DNA of 57,065 nucleotides from Octopus bimaculoides (GCF_001194135.2 NC_068982.1:10216466-10273530); one strand, 5' to 3'; numbered from the stretch's first letter, positions 1-9,655 are shown. Notes: generated by a model from the sequence alone, not told the origin. Program-made: numbers and translations.

Positions 1-170
1 TTCCACTATTCGGTCTTTGACGAATCAAAATGCTATCTTGGTAAACGAACCCGAAGAAATGTGTGAGGCATTTCGGGGGTACTTCGCCCAGCTGTTCGGG
101 GGTGATGGCTATCCTGATGGTGGGGGAGTCCTCGAGGATTGTTTTGCCGTGCCTCTCGGGGTCGGATGCT
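1..170 (+). mobile_element. Tx1/L1-clade LINE ORF2 fragment (endonuclease-RT linker)
   Basis: Frame 2 reads STIRSLTNQNAILVNEPEEMCEAFRGYFAQLF, matching the I..L.......v.....i...f..yf..LF linker of L1/Tx1 ORF2; cut by the window edge and by the following SINE. Confidence 0.6.
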
Positions 171-172
171 AA

Positions 173-490
173 GGCGCGTGGCTTAGTGGTTAGTGCATTC
201 GGCTCACAATTGTAAGGTCGTGAGTTCAATTCCCAGCGACGCGTTGTGTCCTTGAGCAAGACACTTTATTTCATGTTGCTCCAGTCCACTCAGCTGCCAA
301 AAATGAGTAGTACCTGTATTTCAAAGGACCAGCCTTGTCACACTCTGTGTCACGCTTAATGTACCAGAGAACTACGTTAGGGATACACGTGTCTGTGGAG
401 TGCTCAGCCACTTGCACATTAATTTCATGAGCAAGCTGTTCCGTTGATCGGATCAGCTGGGACCCTCGTCGTCGTAACCGATGGAGTGCT
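173..490 (+). mobile_element. tRNA-derived SINE, type A1 (CORE-like centre)
   Basis: A box (tggcttagtgg), B box (gagttcaattccc), centre gtgtccttgagcaagacacttt, and a ~190-bp 3' part shared with 19876-20248 and 33675-34038. Confidence 0.85.
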
Positions 491-700
491 CCTTTTTAAT
501 AATTGTTCCCACAGTGTAGGAGTTTTGTGACAAGCACGTAACGTGAACTTTCCGGGCTCCTGTACTAGCTAAACCCCTATATTATAATGAAAATGTGAAA
601 CTAAAACTGATGCCATACGTTTTAGTATATACAAAGGTAAGTTTGTAGACTGACTATGAAGGAGTGATGCCAAAGCTGTGAAATCTAGTATTCATTAACC

Positions 701-892
701 CTTTCTATTATAGGCACATGGCCTGAAATTTGGGGGAGGGGCATAGTCGATTACATCGACCCCAATACTCAACTGGTACTAAATTTATCGACCACGAAAG
801 GATAAAAGGTGAAATCGACCTCGGCGGAATTTGAACTCAGAACGTAGTGACGGATGAAATAACGCTAAGCATTTCATCCAGCGTGCTAATAA
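701..892 (-). mobile_element. SINE type B, 5'-truncated copy
   Basis: Reverse complement matches the family body ...gttctgagttcaaattccgccgaggtcga...cctttc...gtcgataaatt..gtaccag seen more than 15 times in the window. Confidence 0.85.
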
Positions 893-894
893 TT

Positions 895-1059
895 CTTTTC
901 TACTCTAGGCACAAGGCCCGAAATTTTGGAGGAGGGGGTCAGTCGATTAGATCGACTCCAGTACGTAACTGGTACTTAATTTATCGACCCTGAAAGGATG
1001 AAAGGCAAAGTCGACTTCAGCAGAATTTGAACTCAGAACGTAATGACAGGCGAAATACC
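895..1059 (-). mobile_element. SINE type B, 3' part (5' part at 1924-1986)
   Basis: The family sequence stops at ...gacaggcgaaatacc (1059) and resumes at acagacgaaacaccgctaagcatttcgcccggcg (1924). Confidence 0.8.
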
Positions 1060-1430
1060 TGTTTCTTTATTGTCCACCGCTGGCGTTGCCCGAGCACCGG
1101 AATAGCAAGGGTTGGCCTTACGGCACTCTTTATGCCATTCACTCGACCTCGGTCTACGAAAACACCAGGCTTCCTGTTCGCAAAAACTTTTGAACTCGGG
1201 GAACATTTGTCTGGCCAGCGGAGACCACACCCATTCACGATCCAGGAGAATCCAGAGATGCTTCAATCTCAACGTATCCCTGCGCATCATTAACCAAGGC
1301 ATCCCTAAACATCCCTTTAACGGCTTTTGACAACAGACAGAGCGTTTCACAAGTGGCGACCTGCCCTTCCACAAAAAGGATCCGGACAGGGCACAATAGT
1401 CAGACGGTAGGTAACATTAATAGTTCTTCC
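1060..1430 (-). mobile_element. Tx1/L1-clade LINE ORF2 fragment (post-RT region)
   Basis: Minus strand reads YRLTIVPCP then FLWKGRSPLVKRSVCCQKPLKGCLGMPWL, matching the L1/Tx1 motif F.W.G....v....l..p...GGLG.P.l. Confidence 0.8.
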
Positions 1431-1923
1431 GGGGTTGAACTTTCACAACACCGTCTTCAATTGTTATCATATCTTTGTACTTTATCAGGTCATTTTTGTT
1501 TGTCGACAGCTGGCGGGTTCCACCTTCAGCCGCCGATGCAAAACTTCTTTTTTATTTTCTTTCTTCTGGTTGAAGGTTTTTCACGTCAATATTCCTCTTT
1601 GCAACAGTACACATTGATGGTTGAGGAATTTCACTTTCAGAAGAATCCGAAATATCGCTAAATATTAAACTTTAAATCTTTTTTGCCTCCCTGTCGGTTG
1701 ACGACTCTTCGCCAGACGAAGTTACACTTTTTGGTATCTTGCCAGCAATTAACGTTTCCCCCACAGTGGAAAACACACGATAGTTTTCGAACGAAGACTA
1801 TCACACAAACAATAATAACAGGAACAATAATTATAACAGGAAATAACACAAAACAGTCAATAGAAGCCTGCACTTTCTATACAGACGCACTCCAATAATA
1901 ATTACCAATACATCCAAACTAAC

Positions 1924-1986
1924 ACAGACGAAACACCGCTAAGCATTTCGCCCGGCGTGCTCATGATTCTGCCAGCTCGCTGTCTT
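1924..1986 (-). mobile_element. SINE type B, 5' part
   Basis: Reverse complement gacagcgagctggcagaatcatgagcacgccgggcgaaatgcttagcgg is the family head. Confidence 0.8.
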
Positions 1987-2138
1987 ATCTTGCAAGCATT
2001 AATTTCAATACTTGATATTAATAACTGAATGGTTTCTTTCCAGGTAAACTAGCATTTGACTGTTCAAAGAAAGATTCTAGAAATAACTATTAGTGACATC
2101 TCTTGAAAATAGATAAAATTTGGCATCGTGATATTATC

Positions 2139-2183
2139 AAGAATCTGAAGAAAAGGGGTTTAGCTCCCAAACTCGTTATTCTT
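2139..2183 (+). ncRNA. Degenerate minimal type-I hammerhead ribozyme motif
   Basis: Stem I AAGAAU/AUUCUU (6 bp, perfect), CUGAAGA, stem II GGGG/CUCC, CAAA in place of GAAA, A-CUCG-U, then U; G12 is mutated so likely inactive. Confidence 0.5.
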
Positions 2184-3284
2184 ATTTGCGCTTGGAGAAA
2201 TATTAACCATTTCCGAACTGAATCCACATTGAGATACTTGGTCTTTGCTATTATTCCTGTAGATCACACATGAACCATTTGTGCAGAACCATTTGGTTTC
2301 CACACTGGAATTGGAAGACTTCGAAATTAGAATTGGAAGACTTCGAAATTGAACCCTTTTGATACCAATTTATCTAAGATCACCCGGCTTCTATGATACA
2401 AAATTTATAATTTAGAACGATCTAAATTCAAACCTTTCGTCAAAATTTCTTCTTAATCTATGTTCCAAACACCATTTGATAAAGACTAAATTGATTATCA
2501 TGACTTGCATATCATATTTCTTGAATTGTTCCGACCTAGTTTCGAGTGATCACTTGTTAATGATCCTAAACAGCTTAAGCAAATTAACTTGAAAGGTTTT
2601 CAGATCGCAAGCATATGTATTGAGGTTTGAGTTGCTTTTGAACATCCGATGAAAAATTTTATTTAGAATTTATCATCCCTTGTACTTACAGTTTAATTCA
2701 AATAATTAACTGTGGACTGAAAATTTTCACTCTCAGATCAAGGTTTTCGCGAACTGGTTTCACAGTTTCTGTTTGGGAATTCAATCGAGTTTCAAATTCA
2801 GATTTCCTAAATTTTGCCAATGGCGTGTTCAGCAGTAAAAGAATGAAGTTGCATATCAAAAATTTGCCATCAACAGATAATGGTTAGCAGCAAGCATTCC
2901 AATCAAACTGAGAAAATGATTATCGCTGTTTACAAAAATAACTTTTTAATTAATCCTCTGACGAACACGACTTTTATAACCCGCCACAACTGCAATATTG
3001 TCATAGCATTTCTGATGGAGAGTTTTATAATGGTATTTCGTTTTTACAAATTGATAGAAAATTATTTTTGTTATGTTTTAAGCATCCTTACGTTTTAATT
3101 GGACAAATCCAAGAAAGGGCTCTTGTTAATAATAAACTGCACATTAGAGGCCAACAGCTGATTATATATAACAATTTAACACTAACAGAAGAATGTGATA
3201 TTCTTCCAGGATTCTATTTCACTTTATTCGATGCACGTCAGTTAGAAGATCAAACTTTCTCAACAATTCTAGTAGTTTATTATT

Positions 3285-3433
3285 TACATTATTTACATTA
3301 TTTACATTTGACGGATATTTGTCCTCATCTTGTTTGTTGTTAACACATCGTTTCGGCTGACATACCCTCTAGCCTTCATCAGATGTCTTAGGGAAATTTC
3401 GAACCTGGCTTTTCATTCTTAAGGTATTTTTCG
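3285..3433 (-). mobile_element. Short HHR-bearing repeat (Penelope-LTR-like, family D)
   Basis: Contains the HHR core at 3342-3387; bounded by (ATTTACATT)-type tandem units on one side and (GTT)n(ATT)n on the other. Confidence 0.55.
3342..3387 (-). ncRNA. Near-canonical minimal hammerhead motif
   Basis: GACAU CUGAUGA A GGCU-12 nt-AGCC GAAA CG A U GUGUU; stems I and II pair; U16.1 is replaced by A, one change from the palindrome ACGU. Confidence 0.6.
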
Positions 3434-3570
<137 letters not shown>

Positions 3571-3589
3571 ATGTATGTATGTATGTGAA

Positions 3590-3660
3590 GGCGCATGGCT
3601 CGGTGGTTAGAGCGTCGAGCTTCCGATCGTGATGTTGTGAGTTCGATTCCCAGGCTGGGT
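3590..3660 (+). mobile_element. SINE type A head, truncated by a LINE fragment
   Basis: ggcgcatggctcggtggttagagcg...gagttcgattccc A/B boxes, then an abrupt switch to LINE sequence. Confidence 0.7.
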
Positions 3661-3950
3661 CTTGTGCTTACATTTTATTGAGGTCTTCACTGGTACATTC
3701 CACCAGTATTCCTTTTTATTATGAGTGGCTATGGCTTCTACGATATTGTGGGTTCTTATTTCTTTGTCCTCGGGATTATCCTCTCGACGGATTTCATTAT
3801 AGAGTATCCTAGCTACAACATCATGTCTCATCATTAGATAATATCGTAATGACATTTTTGGACAACTGCTTATGATGTGGGTGATATCTTCGGTGTTAAT
3901 TCCACAAAGTCTGCGTCAGTTGTTAAATGTTATTGCTGTTCCTGCGTCCC
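3661..3950 (-). mobile_element. RLE-type non-LTR retrotransposon fragment (CCHC knuckle region)
   Basis: Minus strand reads QEISTKYL...RRLCGINTEDITHIISSCPKMSLRYYLMMRHDVVARILY...EYWWNVPVKTSIKCKH: C-x2-C...H...C knuckle plus RHD motif preceding an RLE. Confidence 0.8.
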
Positions 3951-4228
3951 TATCCCTTTTGTGCATCAGATACTTGGTTGATATTTCCTGTTATGTATGT
4001 ATGTATGTATGCATGCATGTATCAATTTATCTATCTATCTTGATATATATATATATATATATGAGTTAGAGGTTAAGAAACCGTCTAAGGGGCATTAAAT
4101 ATCCAATATACTACTGGATGTGTACCTAATTATTTATAACCAAGTGCTTACTATTGCATGGCAATATCGCAATTGGGTATTAGGTATGGGTGGGGGTAAA
4201 TTAGAAATTTAGCCAGGATTTATAAGGC

Positions 4229-4439
4229 AATAAGAGGATATACAATCGACAAACATCAGCCAGTAAACATTCAATTATATCTATTTTATTAAATGATTAC
4301 GAACATATGTGTGAGTGATACAAATTAACGAATGAAATAAGTCAATAACTGCGTAAACTGCATATTTGTAATCATTCAATAAATAGATATAATTGAATGT
4401 TTACTGGCTGATGATTGTCGATTGTATATCCTCTCTATT
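4229..4439. other. Foldback inverted repeat, ~75-bp arms, ~50-bp loop
   Basis: agaggatatacaatcgacaa.catcagccagtaaacattcaattatatctattt (from 4233) is the reverse complement of 4380-4434; pairing extends inward to ~4309/4361. Confidence 0.9.
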
Positions 4440-4602
4440 TTCTTATTTCCCATATACATACATACATATATATNNNNNNNNNNNNNNNNNNNNNNNNNNN
4501 NNNNNNNNNNNNNNNNNNNNNNNNNNNNNNNNNNNNNNNNNNNNNNNNNNNNNNNNNNNNNNNNNNNNNNNNNNNNNNNNNNNNNNNNNNNNNNNNNNNN
4601 NN

Positions 4603-4652
<50 letters not shown>

Positions 4653-5008
4653 TGTATGTATGTATGTATGTATGTATGTATGTACGTATGTGTGTTTGTG
4701 TGTGCGTGTGATTGTGTGTGTGTATCTAGATGTATATGTATATGTATGTATGTTTGCAATGTTTGCAGTCGTGTACGCTTGTCAAGAGAGCACGACTTAT
4801 TCGCCACCAACGGAACCGCAAATGCAAACTATAAGTAAGTCTCAGAGCGCACAATGTTCCTGAAGGTCAGCAATGGTCTTCCACGGCCACGAGTGGACGG
4901 CCATCATGTATGTCTGTATGCACGTACGAACTTAAGGTTAGTTAACATATGTCGCAAACATATTTTAAATTAGAAATGACACAGAGAGACTTAAGCAGCA
5001 GTGATGCA

Positions 5009-5412
5009 ATAAAGTAGTTGTATACCGTCAACTTAACGTGACAGTCCCAATAAGGGAATCATACTAATGCTATTTAGCCCTAGGAAGCTGGAACGCTTTC
5101 TGTCGGCCTTGACACATTTTTCTTGTGTCTTTATGTGTCCTTAGAATTATTATATGTTTACGAGAGCTAGACAGGCATCTTCAGCCAGCAAGTCATGCTA
5201 CTCCAGGCTGATGACGAGCAAAAACTCAGAAATATGTCCCTGGATGCAGGCTTGGCTGAGTGGAGGTGCTTGTCTCCTCCTCGTAAACATAAGGACACAG
5301 GAAATGTGTCAAGGCCGACAGGAAGCGGTCCAGCGTCCTAGGGCTAAATAGCAGTAGTATGATTCCCTTATTGGGACTGTCACGTTAAGTTGACGGTATA
5401 TAACTGCTTTAT
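5009..5412 (+). other. 404-nt rod-like foldback with apical hammerhead
   Basis: 5009-5136 pairs with 5287-5412 (46-bp perfect run); further helices 5153-5164/5280-5291, 5169-5180/5264-5275 and 5181-5187/5253-5259 lead to the HHR. Confidence 0.9.
5202..5244 (+). ncRNA. Minimal type-I hammerhead ribozyme
   Basis: UCCAGG CUGAUGA C GAG-CAAAAA-CUC A GAAA UAUG UC CCUGGA: intact core, 6-bp stem I, GUC cleavage triplet at 5236-5238; AUAUGU is self-complementary with G-U pairs. Confidence 0.75.
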
Positions 5413-5711
5413 ATTTTAAATTGTAAAAGGGAAAATTATTGCCGCTAATGTGGATATAAAATCCTCATTTAAAGTAAAATGTGCAAAAGCATCTTATCTG
5501 CTCAATGCTTTCTTCTAGCGGATGCCCAGACTCGCGTTTCTGGCTCGTTAACCTTCCTCGATGGGAAATACTGAGAGATTACTCCGGGCAGATTATACAC
5601 TCACACACACACCACACCACACTTACAACTTTGCATGTATGTATGTATGTATGTATGTAGGTATATATGTGTGGGTCTCAAAAATCGAGTGTAACCTGTT
5701 TCAGAGCCCTG
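5408..5711 (+). repeat. Copy 1 of a ~305-bp inverted duplication (partner 13232-13543)
   Basis: Reverse-complement identical to 13232-13543 on manual comparison except an 8-bp microsatellite length difference. Confidence 0.92.
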
Positions 5712-6629
5712 CTCGTTAAGGAAAATTTAACTTGATCGATTACCGGCTAATGTAATCGATAATGAAGACAACAATATACCACTCATTCTGAGGTTCATTC
5801 AAATGATCTTTTAACAAAAGATATAAACATGAAAGAGTGATTCATTGAAGAAATTAAATACACAACTAACACAAGATGAATTTACATCGAAATCTGAAAT
5901 TCCGTAATCTCTAATGTATTGAAATTGTAAGAACAACTTGAATACATTCGGCTTTTTAACTCTGATTGTTTGTAAACACGAAGCACTGACTACTGTCATT
6001 TTAACTCTATACCAAAGCAGAAGCTTCCTGATTCACTTTATTCATAACAAATCAAATAAACGTTTAATTTTACGCTACATTTCTTCAAATATTTACTTTA
6101 CTCAGAAAAAAAAGTTAAGCAATTAATTTACTTGGATATGCAATTAACCGATCAATTTTACATTGATTTCATGTTAAATGTCTTTTGAAAAACGATGATA
6201 TGCAATTAACAGGAATTATTTAAGTATATCCGTTATGCTATTAAGTTGAATANNNNNNNNNNNNNNNNNNNNNNNNNNNNNNNNNNNNNNNNNNNNNNNN
6301 NNNNNNNNNNNNNNNNNNNNNNNNNNNNNNNNNNNNNNNNNNNNNNNNNNNNNNNNNNNNNNNNNNNNNNNNNNNNNNNNNNNNNNNNNNNNNNNNNNNN
6401 NNNNNNNNNNNNNNNNNNNNNNNNNNNNNNNNNNNNNNNNNNNNNNNNNNNNNNNNNNNNNNNNNNNNNNNNNNNNNNNNNNNNNNNNNNNNNNNNNNNN
6501 ATATAAATTAAAAGGGTAAAGGATTATTGCCTTTGTGAGTTACAAGTAATGCTATCTGTCGGAGTCTCAGCTTTTTTAGCTGCTATTTCTGAACTTCGGT
6601 ATGTGGTGAAGCAAATATTTGCTGATCCC

Positions 6630-6669
<40 letters not shown>

Positions 6670-6675
<6 letters not shown>

Positions 6676-6865
6676 GGACAAATCGAAAATTAAAAAAAAA
6701 GAACGAGAGTCAAAAGAACGTACACATAGGATGTATTAGCTTGTCGCTCAATATAAGATGGAAAAAAGAGTGGGTGCATAACGTTTCGAGTACGGCTCTT
6801 CGTCAGAAAGAAGAGAAAGGAAAGATCCGGAGAGGGAAAATAATCCCCCAAAACGCACTTGGGTG
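6670..6865 (-). mobile_element. Short HHR-like repeat, family F, (TA)n-tailed
   Basis: Reverse complement has CUGACGA A GAG-CCGUA-CUC GAAA CG UU (6774-6812), then gagcg...aatacatc...(TA)n, as in 7765-7915. Confidence 0.55.
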
Positions 6866-6983
6866 GTTACATGTATGTATGTATGTATGTATGTATGTAT
6901 GTATGTATGTATGTATGTATGTATGCATGTATCTGTGCGTGTGTATGTGTGTGTATATGTATGTATTCATGTATGTATGTATG

Positions 6984-7400
6984 TACATTTGTATTTTCCT
7001 TGGATTACGAATGTACGAATATACGAACGATTATCTAACGAACAAATTAAAAACGAACTTTTTTTCTTGCTAAAATATTAAACTTGCATAACGAGCAGAA
7101 ATTTGGTCAACGAACAACGAGCAGAATGCACAGGCGTAATAGTGACAGGGAACCCATTCGCTTAGCGAGTTGAATTTTGAACAACAAATCACCCGTAGGC
7201 TACACATGCTTATAATTGCCAGCAGAACATTTACGAATAGGACGCTAAATGAATAAATTGTATAGGGAACAGTTTTTTCTGACGAAAATCATAATCAGTT
7301 AACGAGCTGAAATTTGAACATCAATCTACGAAGAGACAACGCATGCATATAAGTGGCTGGGAGAGTGCGTACAAACGATTCGTTAACGTCCAAATAGGCA
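6984..7400. mobile_element. Possible pogo/Tigger-like non-autonomous element, left part
   Basis: Multiple (T)AACGAAC/AACGAGC subterminal repeats; the same motifs recur at 9560-9655, which ends ctccactg-TA. Confidence 0.4.
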
Positions 7401-7764
7401 TTTCATTTAGCTTGCAAATTTTCATGTCGTATATAGTGAATAATAATATTTGTCATAATTTTGGCCAGAAATATAACCACGGACCAACAGGAGCAAAGCA
7501 AAAGGAATACCGCACACATTCAAGCATACACACGCGTATATATGTACACACACACACGCACGCATATCGTCAATATGTATCAGATATCCGATTAAGAAAC
7601 ACACTTTAAAGTATATAGTAATGTATTAATATGTAGTTAAGTCTACGTCCGGTCACAGAGTGACCAATGGTTTCGCATCCATAAAGGGCCTAGCCCCATA
7701 TATACAGCTACCTCTGTCCAGCCAGCTGCTATGATTAACCGCTAGCTCCAAAAGTTTTTAATTC

Positions 7765-7911
7765 TCTCTCTGTTTATTTGCTCGTGTTCCTATCTGTTGA
7801 AGAGCGTAGGCTCGAAACGTAAAAGACTTTCTCACCTTCACGAGCGTTAACCAAATACATCTGTTTGTTGTTTATACACCTGTTTTCGTCTTTTGTTATT
7901 CTGTAAATTTC

Positions 7912-7915
<4 letters not shown>
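7765..7915 (+). mobile_element. Short HHR-like repeat, family F, (TA)n-tailed
   Basis: CUGUUGA A GAGC-GUAG-GCUC GAAA CG UA AAAGA (7789-7826); core A6 replaced by U; ends in (TA)n. Confidence 0.55.
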
Positions 7916-7963
<48 letters not shown>

Positions 7964-8053
7964 GCACACACACACACACACACACAGATTTTTGAAGTGA
8001 TGTACAGATTTAATATATTAAGAAAAAGGAGATAGTCAGAATTTTGGATAATT

Positions 8054-8100
8054 CTTTATTAACGCTTTCGTCCCATTCCTGGAGACTCCTCAGATATAAG
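8054..8100 (-). ncRNA. Minimal type-I hammerhead ribozyme, family E
   Basis: CUUAUAU CUGAGGA GUCUC-CAGGAAU-GGGAC GAAA GCGU UA AUAAAG; lies in a ~106-bp repeat (8020-8126) about 89% identical to 9307-9412. Confidence 0.75.
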
Positions 8101-8539
8101 TTTTACAGAAAATTTCTTAGCCTTTTGAAAGTGAAAAAAGTTATGGACACTGCTTTACATAATTAATTAATATAGGTACCTAACCGAGCTAACTATTTTG
8201 GGAGAATACGGCTGGAGTGAAATAACCAAATGCGAGTAGTTGAATACTCGAGTTTAAGCCTCTCCAAGCGTACAATTCTGAATGAAATTAATCACAATTG
8301 GAGCGAGAGTATGTTTCCATTTTAAATTGGACTCGGAGATTTTGGATTTCTTTCGTATGTTATAATCGTAAATGAACTCGCTTGGGAATCACTTTTTCAA
8401 TCGTCAACTAACGCTCAAAATACCTTGATCGTATAAAATATATATGTATACATACAGATCTGTGTACGTGTGTGTGTATGTGCGCGCGCGTGTATATGTG
8501 CGTGTGATTGTACATACGCTATGAATGTATATATGCTAT

Positions 8540-8810
8540 GTGTTCCAAACTGGTAATGCAAATTCCAAGTGTGGACGTATTATTGTCGTATACAATTTTA
8601 AATAGATAGCTACCAAGTGGCTGACAAAGGTCTTAATGATTGATGCTAGCAACCGCTCAGCCTTCTTGACAACCTTAGAGATGTGGTTTGTCCATCGCAG
8701 ATCGTTGTTTGCAATGATGCCAAGATTACGTCCGCTAGAAGACTTCTTGAGGAGTGTGTAAAGGATGGGTTTTTCTTCCCAAAATGCATGGTGAAGCACT
8801 TGTCCGCTTT
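8540..8810 (-). mobile_element. CR1-clade LINE RT C-terminal fragment
   Basis: NLGIIANNDLRWTNHISKVVKKAERLLASIIKTF...LKLYTTIIRPHLEFALPVW matches the CR1 pattern DLG....L.W..HI..VV.KA...LY...RP.LE.A..VW. Confidence 0.85.
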
Positions 8811-8865
8811 GCATATTGGATGCTTTGTGTGTGCATAGTGTGTGTACGTATATAATAAGAGAAAG

Positions 8866-8889
8866 GGAGAGAAAGAAAGACAGACAGAC

Positions 8890-8920
<31 letters not shown>

Positions 8921-8930
8921 AGGAAAAAAA

Positions 8931-8975
<45 letters not shown>
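8866..8975. repeat. (GAAA)n / (GACA)n microsatellite
   Basis: Directly visible; a complementary (TTTC)n tract lies at ~9193-9250. Confidence 0.9.
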
Positions 8976-8978
<3 letters not shown>

Positions 8979-9194
8979 CTTTCAAAGACAATGACTAAAT
9001 CAAATTTGACAACTTGAATTGTAATCAAACTTCAACAGGCTGACCACATTGATATATAATACAATTGAAATGACACCCCTTTCTCTGTCTTTCTTTCAGG
9101 TCCTCCTTCCTGTCTTTCTTTCACCCTTTCTTTAAACTGTCATGTTGAAATGTCATTAACACCTGTGAAAAAGTTGCAAATCACAATTCTTTTT

Positions 9195-9250
<56 letters not shown>

Positions 9251-9331
9251 ACACACACATGTAGATAACAAGACAGCAAAAAAATAATCTATTTTACATT
9301 TGTATGAAAGGTAAAGAAATTTTCTGTAAAA

Positions 9332-9378
9332 CTTGTATCTGAGGAGTCTCTGTGAATGAGACGAAAGCGCTAATAAAG
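9332..9378 (+). ncRNA. Minimal type-I hammerhead ribozyme, family E
   Basis: CUUGUAU CUGAGGA GUCUC-UGUGAAU-GAGAC GAAA GCGC UA AUAAAG: intact core, perfect 5-bp stem II, palindrome AGCGCU, CUA cleavage site after 9372; the element ends in (AC)n. Confidence 0.82.
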
Positions 9379-9410
9379 AATTATCCAGAATTCTAACTAC
9401 TTCCTTTTTC

Positions 9411-9463
<53 letters not shown>

Positions 9464-9559
9464 GCGCGCGCTTATATTTGTTGTTGACAGATTGACAAAC
9501 ATAGCTTTAGTTCATGCCATTTATGTAGCTTAAAGAATTATCCCTAATTATGTGTATAC

Positions 9560-9655
9560 CAATTACTCGTGTAACGAACGGTTTGGTTAACGAACGGTTT
9601 GGCTAACGAACAGGACTCCATAACGAATTGTGTTCATTTGCAGAAGCTCCACTGT
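9560..9655. mobile_element. Possible pogo/Tigger-like right end
   Basis: taacgaacggtttgg repeats and terminus gcagaagctccactg followed by TA. Confidence 0.45.

Noticed and set aside
173-245. tRNA genes (also at 3590, 19881, 33676 and 50340)
   Set aside because: Only A/B boxes are retained; each continues into a SINE body and lacks a full cloverleaf
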